Shown here piece after piece: positions 1-10,200 of a stretch of DNA of 58,387 nt; position 1 is the first letter of the stretch; each line of letters starts with the position of its first letter. The notes under the pieces are model-generated. The model saw only the letters and a list, made by a program, of their open reading frames with translations, made no database searches and was not told where the DNA came from. Location: contig LT635918.1 in the NCBI GenBank assembly GCA_900128565.1, positions 1-58,387 on the forward strand, written 5' to 3'. Source of the stretch: Stramenopiles sp. TOSAG23-6 (Eukaryota). The position numbers and the translations under genes are program-made.

Positions 1-55
1 ACGATTTCGTCGATGTTCTTTTTGTAGCTGTTTAAAACTCGTTTGTCTATCCCCT
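1..55 (-). repeat. Exact inverted copy of 55 bp from the CFAP97-domain CDS (5260-5314)
   Basis: Reverse complement of 1-55 (AGGGGATAGACAAACGAGTTTTAAACAGCTACAAAAAGAACATCGACGAAATCGT) equals 5260-5314; it runs off the window edge. Confidence 0.9.
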
Positions 56-535
56 TTGGAAACGTCGAAGTGTAATCAACATCTTAAAGATTTTGACAAG
101 TGTATGAAGTTGACAAGAAAGACAAAAGGTAAAGGTTCTTCTCTCCTTTTTCATTTGAGTCGAATTACCGGGGCTAAACGTTAGAAAATGTGTTATTTTG
201 CATATATAATATGCATAAATCATCTTTATAAAATTTGTTATATAGTTTTTATGTCTTATCTTATGTCTTGCATTTCACAGTTGTGTCAAATAAAACTTCT
301 GTAAAGTGGCTTTATTTTCTTTATGAGCATCCTATAAGTTTAGTTGATGTTGCTTCAATATATGTATGACAAACTCTTACGTACGTATAACAATGCCAAA
401 ATATGCACCTTTTCTATATTATAACTTTATATACAAATTTATAGTTGTACAATTTATTGTTATCACTGTTTGAAATAATTTCTTCATAGCTATAATGTTT
501 ACCAATTTCTATATATTCTTTGCATTCACTAAAAC

Positions 536-1333
536 TTAACGTGATTCCTTGGTTGACAGAGGCGAATTGATATCAACTTCTTTGGCATATATAGGTATCG
601 CTGCAATTGCGGAAACTGGGATAGTTTTGTTAGCAGTCAATTTGAAAGCTGAATGATGGAAACCTTTCACTGGGGAGTTCGACTTTGACTTTGGAAGAAT
701 TTGCTTCTTTTTCTTTTTTGGAATTTTTGGTATTACACAACCAAGTTCTCGAAGCCGTTTTACAAATCTCCACATTGATGTTTTAGGTATACTTTTTAGT
801 AAAGGTCTTTTGAATAATGATGCTTCTTGATTAGCGACTCTAAGTGTTAAAGCTTCAATTTCTGTCCTTGAAAGGAATCCACTATCAATCTTCTCCTTAA
901 TTTTCAATGTACCCTCTAATGAAACAAGATGCCGACGTCCTCGTCCATTGAGTAATAGCATTATCTGTTGTTCACACATACCAATTTTACTTGCATGTTT
1001 TAAAGTATTCAACCAACGCCGGGCGGTGGAAGCAGACGCACCGGTATCTTCTCTTGCAATTCTTTCCAAAACAGACATTTGTAAACTTCCCTCTGGTAAA
1101 TCTAGTTGAAGAAGTTTCTTAGCACACGCAAGTCGATCTTTTGAAGTCACGCCCGCTCTAACTCCGCCTGGTATTTTTTTCTTCGTGATCACCGGTGCAG
1201 AGACTGGAGTAGCCGTGACGGAAACTTTAACCGCATCAATTGTACTCGGATGTAAAACTACTGAAGCTGTCGCAAAAATACGGGGTTTCTTTGAAGCTTT
1301 CGCGGCTATTGCAACTGGAATAGCTCGTTTCAT
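536..1333 (-). CDS. Hypothetical basic protein, possibly an HTH DNA-binding or transposase-derived fragment
   Basis: 265-aa ORF from ATG; weak resemblance to transposase N-terminal HTH (STARRW; GRGRRHLVS; PKTSMWRFVKRL); no catalytic DDE region visible. Confidence 0.4.
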   Translation of the reverse strand: MKRAIPVAIAAKASKKPRIFATASVVLHPSTIDAVKVSVTATPVSAPVITKKKIPGGVRAGVTSKDRLACAKKLLQLDLPEGSLQMSVLERIAREDTGASASTARRWLNTLKHASKIGMCEQQIMLLLNGRGRRHLVSLEGTLKIKEKIDSGFLSRTEIEALTLRVANQEASLFKRPLLKSIPKTSMWRFVKRLRELGCVIPKIPKKKKKQILPKSKSNSPVKGFHHSAFKLTANKTIPVSAIAAIPIYAKEVDINSPLSTKESR

Positions 1334-1832
1334 GTATTGAGTATTGCACCAATGTATTTTACACTCTGAACGCTGATACTTATTTTGAAATGACTACCAA
1401 AGCTTATTGCTATTTTACGAGTGATAGATTCAACTAGTATTGCCTAACCAAAGATCTTTTTATTTTTCTTCCAATGCACGGATATGTGAATCATCAATAG
1501 AATTATTAATGTATATAATATTCAGTATTCATAATTATCTAAGGAATCTGTTTAGGGGACTCCGCGGGGTCATTTTGTTGGCATATTATTATATTTGCCT
1601 CTTTTTGGATACACAAGAGATACACTTATACCTAGAGTAGCTAGTCTGACTTGTATAATAGCTAAACCGCTGACTTCGCGTGTAACCGTACGTAGCCACA
1701 AAAAATCGCTTTCGCTCTTTCAAGCAATTTCACATAAATTCGGTTAAAAAAATGATTATATTTATATACATCAAATTTCATCTCACCTGTGTCAGTGTAA
1801 CCCTACCAAAATCCTTCAATGTTTCCATAAAG

Positions 1833-2942
1833 TTATGCAAGAGCTTCAACTTTACTACAGTCTTCTCCAGTATACCCAGAGAAACATGTACAAAGGCCAA
1901 TAGCGTAGTCGCACACTCCACGTCCTGAACAATCACGACCTTGATTATTACCATGAAAAAGTAGAGGGTCGTCGGAAGATGGACATTCTTTCATGGAGCA
2001 ATCAGGCCCTCGGTAACCAGAGTCACATTTGCAACCATAATGATTTCCTGAATCCCAGGAATCCTGGTATCGAGCAAGAGCATCTTTGGCGAATTGCATA
2101 TTAGACTGACAAATACCATGACCAGAACATTCATTTTCACATGTTGCACGTTGACATGCTGACCCTTCATAACCAGCAAAACAGTTACAGACTCCAGTGG
2201 TTCTGTCACACAAACCTGCATCAGAGCATTCAACATTATCCACGTGTGTCTGAAGTTGATCAATGTGCCAAGCACGGTCCTTCCATTCACCAAAAGCAGC
2301 TTCACAAGAATCCTTAGTAATCAAATTAGTAGAACAAACAGGATTAGGTGCTTCAGCAGCAGCATCATACGTACCACCGAAATACTCACATTCATTCTCT
2401 GAAACTGCATCTAGTGATCGGAGTGAACACCAACTTCTAGATGCACTTTCAAGAGTCCACATAGTATTTGATTCAGTTTCGCACGCAAGTTCTGTTGTAT
2501 AACCATACAAAACACATGAAAGACTAGCGCCGCCTTTGTCTTCCAAAACTCCAATCGGTGCAACAGCACAATCTCCTGATGTTTTAATACAAGAATGGGT
2601 ACAGGATTCTTCTGTGTCAAATCTTAGGTCACCGCAATAAGAACGGTTAGATATTTCAGCTTTATTCCATGATATTCCACGAGCACATGTATATTGAGAA
2701 CAATCTGCGCCAGTATATCGCTTCTGTATATGTGTTCCCAATTGTTCGACGTGTGCGGTGTACTCATACTTTCGACCTTTCGTTGGGTCATTCGTTTTTC
2801 CAAAGTAAAGCACTTTTCCTTGATCATAACAAGTACAAATATCAGCAGCATTACACGTACCATTACCTGAGCATGAGTTTGGACATACTGCGTCAGTAGT
2901 TGTCAAAAAAATAATCACAAAGAATATAGTAAACTTGTACAT
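1833..2942 (-). CDS. Secreted EGF/tenascin-like protein, Sig/Ocm tubular mastigoneme family
   Basis: Signal peptide (MYKFTIFFVIIFLTTTDA), then CPNSCSGNGTC, ECSDAGLCDRTTGVCNCFAGYEGSACQR, GCKCDSGYRGPDCSMKECP, RDCSGRGVCDY: the Cys/EGF pattern of stramenopile flagellar-hair proteins; first ATG at 2942. Confidence 0.8.
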   Translation of the reverse strand: MYKFTIFFVIIFLTTTDAVCPNSCSGNGTCNAADICTCYDQGKVLYFGKTNDPTKGRKYEYTAHVEQLGTHIQKRYTGADCSQYTCARGISWNKAEISNRSYCGDLRFDTEESCTHSCIKTSGDCAVAPIGVLEDKGGASLSCVLYGYTTELACETESNTMWTLESASRSWCSLRSLDAVSENECEYFGGTYDAAAEAPNPVCSTNLITKDSCEAAFGEWKDRAWHIDQLQTHVDNVECSDAGLCDRTTGVCNCFAGYEGSACQRATCENECSGHGICQSNMQFAKDALARYQDSWDSGNHYGCKCDSGYRGPDCSMKECPSSDDPLLFHGNNQGRDCSGRGVCDYAIGLCTCFSGYTGEDCSKVEALA

Positions 2943-3162
2943 GATGATAACAATTGTCAAAATTCGAAACGCAACTGCGAAAGCACCAAAAGAATCTTTT
3001 GACTTGTTATCCGTTGCTCGAAAAAAAGTTACGTTGGCGTTGTAACGGAATCAGTACCGGGTAACTGGACAAAAATCTCCGAATCCGGGAGCCCAAAAAA
3101 AAACATAAAAAGATTGTTTTTTTTTTAATTTCAATTCAATTCAATTTTCATCCTTTTTAGAT

Positions 3163-4394
3163 TTAATGTAGTGGGAGTAATGGCTCGGGTGGTTCTGGTG
3201 GAAATAAAGCATCTTCTCTATAAAATGATTTTTCATTTCCTCCGTTGTCCAAATTATTCAGAGGAAGGATAGGAAAGTCACTCGATAGTGGTGCTTTAAA
3301 AGCATTATGCCAATCAGTATTACCGGGTGTTTTTATTCGTTGCGAGTCATTGATAAAACCACTGAATCCTCTGATTGCTGATGAAGGATAATTCATCCAT
3401 GTAGGAAATTTTCCTGTTATTCTACCATTTTTCCTGCCATTTCTCCATCTACCAAAATTAGCTCCTGTCATCATTGATATGTATTGTGAAAAAATATGCC
3501 AAACTCAAAAAGTCTTCAAAACTCAATCAATACGAATTTGGTAGAAAAAAATATATATTTGAAATTAATGATGAAAATATACATATCATGTGCATCTAAA
3601 GAGCTTGGTGCCTGTTTTATAGGGAGCATGTTTTGTAGAATATAATTTGAGAAAGATCTAAGATTGCTACTTGTTTGTAAGGCAACAAATGAAGATCCCA
3701 CATTCGCCGCCACATTCTTGTTATCACCCGTCGTTTTTCTGTCTTTTACATTTTTTAGCTCTGAATGAAACTCAATATATGCTGATGGATTAAATGATGA
3801 TTTTTTTAATTGTGAGGGCACGGGGTGTAATGGATTGCGATAAAACCCATTTGGTTTGTACCCATGCATAATAAAAAGTGGCCCATTCGGGAGCAAAGGA
3901 GGGATTTTACGCACTGGCATTTGCTCTTCATCAATATGATGACGACCAGTATGTGGGTTATCTCCAAAAATAAAAGGCGGGGCGTGTGCTGGTACTGCTG
4001 CGGATAAACTTTCTGCTCCTTGACTACCCATATCTGTGTGTATATCAGGGAATCCGTTAGAACCACTAATACCTGGTTTGCCCCAACCTGCCATAGTTGA
4101 AAGACGATGTTTATTACCTGGGGTTGTTACAACAGGACTCCTCCATGGCGTATCCATACCTTGCCACGGTATAGACGCCCTACGAAGTTGATTTGGGCTC
4201 AAATCAACCTCTTCTACCATTGTTGTGACTGGAATGCCAATTGGATTTCCTGGAAGTGATCCATTTTCTGGGTTATAATTTGTAAATTTTATACTTTGAG
4301 TAAGTTTTGCAAAGAGTAAAATTATCACAAGTATCGATTTAGATTGAGAAAACATGGAAAGTAAGACTCTATATCTTCCATGAGAAGCTTTCAT
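3163..4394 (-). CDS. Pro/Gly-rich hypothetical protein, probably secreted; 2 exons (4394-3583, 3478-3163), 375 aa
   Basis: Hydrophobic N-terminal segment; ORFs 3516-4394 and 3163-3474 join in frame (..LDAHD-ISMMTG..) after removing 104 nt. Confidence 0.65.
3479..3582 (-). other. Non-canonical intron, family member (GTATAT...CAATACAT; equivalent AT..AC register 3481-3584)
   Basis: 5' GTATATTTTCATCATT, 3' ATATTTTTTCACAATACAT; removal restores frame; internal palindrome and branch motif degenerate. Confidence 0.75.
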
Positions 4395-4615
4395 TATAAA
4401 TACATCAATTAGAATATAACCAGTGGTAATTTATATCATGTAAAGCTGGGCCAAAGGATGCGATGATTTTTTGAAATATGAAGCGATATGAAGAGAACGA
4501 AAGGAGGATACGATTTGAATTGAAATTTTTTTGAAGCAAATAATTTCAAAAAAAACTCCGAAAAGGAAAAATCGGTATTCGTATTCTATTATTGGTTGAA
4601 ACGGTTACAAATTAC

Positions 4616-4755
4616 TACTTTGTTTCACTTTTACATACGTATAGTATCTACTCTCGCGTTTTCGTCAACATTACTTGGGTAAAGTTACTTTGTTTCACTT
4701 TTACCTACTTATAGCATCTACTCTCGCGTTTTCGTCAACATTACTTGGGTAAAGT
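4616..4755. repeat. Tandem duplication, 2 x 70 bp, in a divergent intergenic region
   Basis: 4616-4685 vs 4686-4755 with 3 mismatches. Confidence 0.9.
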
Positions 4756-4855
4756 TCCGATATTTATATTTATATCCCAGTGGAGATGAGAAAAGTATAA
4801 TTGAACATTCCATTCACATTTGTCGTTTGTAATCAAAACACCTACTTAAACTAAG

Positions 4856-7129
4856 ATGCCGACTAGGACTGGTTTTGGAGCGTATATTAATTACTCGAGG
4901 CTAATCAATCGTAAGCTGCGAGCTGCTGACAGGGAAGCACACAATAAGTTACTAGCTGATGCACGTGCTTCTGTTGATTCAGGTACACCAAAATCAATCA
5001 AAATGAAACATGTTCACTGGAATCAAGGTAATGATAACAAAAAAAGACGAATTTCAAGAAAAGTCGAGATGCAAAACCGTCAACTGTTAAAAATGTTAGA
5101 AAAAGTTGCCATCAGAGATATGAAGGACGGTTGCAGTTGGAATAAAAAATTAAAGAAACTAAAGATTGCCAAGAGCCCAAACCTTGCATGGCAAGAAAAA
5201 GAATGTAAACGAATAAATAGTCAGAATAAAATGCTTTTTTCTCGGCTTCAGCACGCTCCAGGGGATAGACAAACGAGTTTTAAACAGCTACAAAAAGAAC
5301 ATCGACGAAATCGTCAAATTGTTTGTAAACTTTCATCATATGACAAATCTATGATATCCAAGCGATCTAAAGTGAAAGAAGGGCGCAAGAGACCGGGTAA
5401 CTTTCAGGGTGAGAAAATAAACCCAAGTGTAGTGGGTTTGTCTGATACACAACGGACGCCTGTTGACTCAAGGAAATTATCTACAATAAAAAATAACTTT
5501 GTAAATGAAGATAACTTCTATGATGAAGAAAATGTGTCGTTGACTGAGAAGGGCTCAAATAACTTAGAAATAGATAATATGGAATCCATGTCAAAATACC
5601 CAGACACAACACAATTGCACACTTCAAATATAAATAGTCTAGTGCCAGAGAATTCAGATAAAACATGGAACTCCGCGGCAACCAAAAATTATCAGCATAA
5701 TAATGAAGTGAGTACAACATTATCTAATAAATTGAATAAAGATGGATCATTACCCTCCATGTTTCATGACGATGTTGAGTCCCACAACCCATTTGAATTA
5801 CAAATTCCTCGACATTTCAATGTTAAAAAGAGTAAAGTAAGCGATGCAAACAATAATGTAAGACAGATAAAAGAAAAACGAATAGATATCTCAGATGGCA
5901 ATGAATATACGTATGAAGAATTTATTGAATACTATGGAGGTGAAGAAGAATGGGATGCAGCCATTCTTAGTACGACGCAAATAACACATAAAACATCGAG
6001 TAAAAATCAACAAAAAGTTAGAGTATCTTTTACGAAACATCCGTCTACAAATAATCAAACTTTTTATCATCGGCAATCAAACAAGGTGGAAAGACGCCGC
6101 CCTCAAACTGCTCATGTGAAAAGATCATTCGAAAAACGTACAAAAACACCAATTGTGATTCGAGTGCGTCCTGCTACAGCATCGATAAAATCTGATAAAT
6201 GTATGCGGAAGAATCTTATTTTAGGAAATGCAAAGAGTATTCAGTCACCTTATAAAAAAATACAGATCCCATTTTCTGTAAAGCGACGGAGCAAGATAAA
6301 ACGCCATATTAAAATGTCAGCAAATCAAGCCCATAACAAGAAAGAAGCTCAAAACAATCGTAAAAAACGTGTCGTTGACATTGGCGCTAATACATTACCA
6401 AGGTCGAGAAAAAAAAGAATCAATGTGACCAATGTCTCCGATCAAGTGAAAACAGGTAAATCAAGTGTAGCATATGTAGGTAATAAATCAAATAGTCTTG
6501 GACAGAAAAGAAAGGTTGCAAGGCCAAGGAAAAATAAATGTCAGGGAATGTTAACTATTTCCAAACTGGAAAAACAACGATCCTATGAACAACAAAGATT
6601 TTCAAGATCATTCGCTTGGGAAGTTGGCGAAGATATTGTACTGTATCCTTTGGGAAATATTTTTCATAATTGTGAACATAAAGACCCAAATAGCACTGAT
6701 TTAGACCAGCAAAATTTTTCAATACAAAAGCTAAAGAATAGTCCACTTTCGTGGAACATCCATATAATAGATATTGGTACTAAAAGTACGGCAGGTGAAG
6801 ATGCTAGTACAGCAATCAAAATTATTGCAGAATCAAATGTCGAGCTAGATGATAAAACCCAAAGCGATCAATTAGAAAATCATAAACTTATAATATTTTT
6901 AAGTTGTTCTCAGATAAAAAAAGCCTGTCAAAAGTCACAGGATCTGCGCAAAGCTTTGAAAAACATCAATCTTTTAGATGCAAAGGGAAATCATAGTCGA
7001 TTTGCTGCTGCTCTTTATGATTCACATTTCGAGACAAGTTTGATTTGGCGTTTTGTAACCTGGATTACAAAAAATATTCACGTGGAAAATACTAAAGATG
7101 ATCAATTAGCATTGAAATTCAGTTGCTGA
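4856..7129 (+). CDS. CFAP97/KIAA1430-domain protein with long low-complexity tail
   Basis: N-terminal HNKLLADARASVDSGTP..KVEMQNRQLLKML..RINSQNKMLFSRL matches the CFAP97/hemingway domain pattern; 757-aa ORF. Confidence 0.65.
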   Translation: MPTRTGFGAYINYSRLINRKLRAADREAHNKLLADARASVDSGTPKSIKMKHVHWNQGNDNKKRRISRKVEMQNRQLLKMLEKVAIRDMKDGCSWNKKLKKLKIAKSPNLAWQEKECKRINSQNKMLFSRLQHAPGDRQTSFKQLQKEHRRNRQIVCKLSSYDKSMISKRSKVKEGRKRPGNFQGEKINPSVVGLSDTQRTPVDSRKLSTIKNNFVNEDNFYDEENVSLTEKGSNNLEIDNMESMSKYPDTTQLHTSNINSLVPENSDKTWNSAATKNYQHNNEVSTTLSNKLNKDGSLPSMFHDDVESHNPFELQIPRHFNVKKSKVSDANNNVRQIKEKRIDISDGNEYTYEEFIEYYGGEEEWDAAILSTTQITHKTSSKNQQKVRVSFTKHPSTNNQTFYHRQSNKVERRRPQTAHVKRSFEKRTKTPIVIRVRPATASIKSDKCMRKNLILGNAKSIQSPYKKIQIPFSVKRRSKIKRHIKMSANQAHNKKEAQNNRKKRVVDIGANTLPRSRKKRINVTNVSDQVKTGKSSVAYVGNKSNSLGQKRKVARPRKNKCQGMLTISKLEKQRSYEQQRFSRSFAWEVGEDIVLYPLGNIFHNCEHKDPNSTDLDQQNFSIQKLKNSPLSWNIHIIDIGTKSTAGEDASTAIKIIAESNVELDDKTQSDQLENHKLIIFLSCSQIKKACQKSQDLRKALKNINLLDAKGNHSRFAAALYDSHFETSLIWRFVTWITKNIHVENTKDDQLALKFSC

Positions 7130-7228
7130 TTTGTGATAACATGTTTTATTTAAAATTTAGAATCAGTACAACGAGTCTTTGTTCATTGTGTAATAAAAAT
7201 ACCTTCCACACTATAGTTTGAACCTATA

Positions 7229-10200
7229 TTATTTTTTACGTCGGTGCATTTTTCTTTGAATATTTTTACTACTCGGTAAAGTCAGTGATTTTCTGCTGGA
7301 GTTTTGATGCCGAGATTTAAAAGCTTGATCACCAGTTTGACTGTCACTACCTCTACTGTTTTTTTTCGAGTGATCAATACTTGGCAGAATCATTTCTGGG
7401 TGTACATTTGATGTGGTTGGTACTAATTTTCTACCATTACCTGTTGTTCCCATACTCGATTGGCTCAAATATTTGTTATTGCGTTTTTCACTCAATACAA
7501 AATATTTAATTTTGGAACCACATTTGCGACAGGTAAACCCACCAGGGTTCCGGAAGCCACATGATGTGCACAATATGTACTTGTAAGGCCCAACCATTTT
7601 AAGTAAATCTAGTGCTAGCCCAGCATTATTGCTCCCTCCATCTGCCATCTCAAGTAATTCATGAAGACCTTGAGATAATAGTCTTCGACAATTATCAGAA
7701 TTATTGGAACACATACCAATTAAACCCATAATAGCAGCTTCACTAATATCGTTATTTTCGTGTCGCAGTAACACTAGCATCTTCTTTGTAGCGCCGCCAT
7801 TCCCAACACGATCCTGGTTTCCTTTGTTGTCGTATGTAATATTGCGTAATGCCCATAGTGCGCGGAGGATGACGTCTTGGTGGTCATAATCATCAAGCAT
7901 TTCAATTAGGGAATTAATTCCTTCAAACTCCATAACTTCATCTTGAATTTTCCGACCGACAGCCCAAGATTCTTTGGCCAACTCTTCAGCCGCAAAACTC
8001 TGCATTGAATGGTCGTCTCCTCTTAACATGTCAACCAGTCCAGGTACAGTGCCAAACTGACTCTTTGCATGTCCCAATTCCTTGGCTTGTACCAAATCAG
8101 CCAAAATATTCAATGTATTCGAAACCACTTTACGAACTTCTAAATTATTCGAGCCATTGAGTTTTACAACTGCTTCAATGGCTCCAGCATCAATCATTTC
8201 CTTTTTTAAGCCATCATGAACTGCCATATTTCCGATTGCCCATACTGCATACTGTTGAACTCTAGAGTCAGTATGTCGACACAAAGCCGTTAACATTTCA
8301 CATCCATCATGTTTAGCTATGAATATGGCATTTGCGTCGTTGTGTGCCGCAGTGCCAAGGGCTCGACAAATATTTGCAAGAACCATGGGATTGTCACTCG
8401 AACACAACTTCATCAATATTCGAAGTCCTCCTCCTTCAGAATTACCAGCAATCAACATACGCCGTCGGTTTCCTTCGTGATAATACATTATATTTGCCAA
8501 TAACATTAGAGCATTTTCTTGAACACTCTGATTTATACATTGACATACTTCAATAATTTTACCTGTGAACTTTCCAATTTCATCTTGTGCATCTGCTGAC
8601 CAGGCAAGATTTGACAATGCCCAGAGAGCATTTGCTGCAACATCTGGGTGTTCCTCGTGGCAATCTACAAGGAGTAGTAACGCATGTACACCGCCAGCTT
8701 TAATTAAGTTCTTTCTGTGTTCATCTAAAAGTGCGAGATTGCCCATTATTAGTCCAACTTGTAGCTGCACACTAGGGTATTGTGAAGCACACAAAAGTAC
8801 AAGTGATTCAACGCCTATATCATGGATACATTTACTGAGTTCTTGACTCCGCAAGCATGTCGCATTTGCCAATAACTCTGCTGTATTTGATTGGACTTCA
8901 ATCGAAGATATTGCCAACTCTCCATGACATAGACTTAGCGCTGTTTGAATACCACCGTGCTCATGAAATATTGCTCTATTGTTATCGTTGTTAAGTAACA
9001 TATTTACCAATGCTGCTGTCACAGTTGCTAAAACATCAATTTCTTTTGAATGGACCAAAATCTTTGTGAGATTAGCAACAGCTCCGCATTTACCCATTTT
9101 CTTTATATTTGTTGGATTATTGTATGCCATATTAGCCAAAGTAGCTGCAACAGAACTCTGTACTTCTTCTTGGGATTCAATGTCTAGAAGATGTGTCATA
9201 TGCTGCAAGAAATCATCAAGTTTAAGTAATCTATGACGATTTGCGGCTTGCAAGGATACAATTGCTAAAATTTCACATGCAAATTTTTGGGTTTCTTTAT
9301 CTGTCGACTTACTCAAGTCTACCAAAATTTGCAGGGATCCTGAGGTTGAACCAATATGTTCTTGGTTTGAAAAGTTTGAATCATTCACAATATCTGTACC
9401 TTCTATTTTTTCTGGTGTATTCCCAATGGATAATAATCGGGCCATAATTGTTTTTCGTCCAATTGCTCGGCCAGCTTGTGCTGCCGCTGCCCAAAGTCCA
9501 CGTTCTTCTTTTACATCTGCAAGTCTATCCTGCCATTCCATAGCATCCTTTCGAAGGTCATCCTCAACCTTATTTGCGATTCGATTTGTCCACGAAATCC
9601 ACATTTCACGCCCAATATGATTTACAACTCGAGTATCACATGTACCATTCCACATCATGCGCCCTATAGATCGAACTGCCATTCGCATTATTTCAATTCT
9701 TGGAGACTTGCTAAGCGCAAGCAAGATTTCAATAGCACAGTTATGCCGAAGTTTATCATTGAGCAAAGGTGACCTGCCTGACATGCGGTCAATTGCTTCA
9801 CAGAAAAATCGGAACAGCTCATCGACATCTGTAATAATAGTTCTGGCAGTTTCGTCGCGTCGCCATGACTCCCGTAGTAGAGCATCTCTCTTACCCGCCC
9901 ATTCTTGGGCAGATTGTTTTGCCCTTTCTTCCATGTCTGATACTCGTGCTTCCAGAACACTGATCTTATTTTCAAGAGCAGTAATCCACATTCTACGATT
10001 TTGACTTTCATTTGATTTGGCGTTTAGTCTCTGTCTAGTCTCTATATAACTTTGAGCTTGCTTCTTGTTTTTTTCCATAGTATTATTACTAAGTTCTGTG
10101 TATGTATTGCGCAATTGTCTCATATCTTCTTTCATGGCATACACCCATGTCTTTCGTTGGGCTGCAAGTTCTTGCAATCCTAATATTCTATTCTCCAATC

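Noticed and set aside
1440-1640. 66-aa ORF, and the many short ORFs overlapping long genes
   Set aside because: Often non-ATG starts, no recognisable motifs, or antisense to well-supported CDSs
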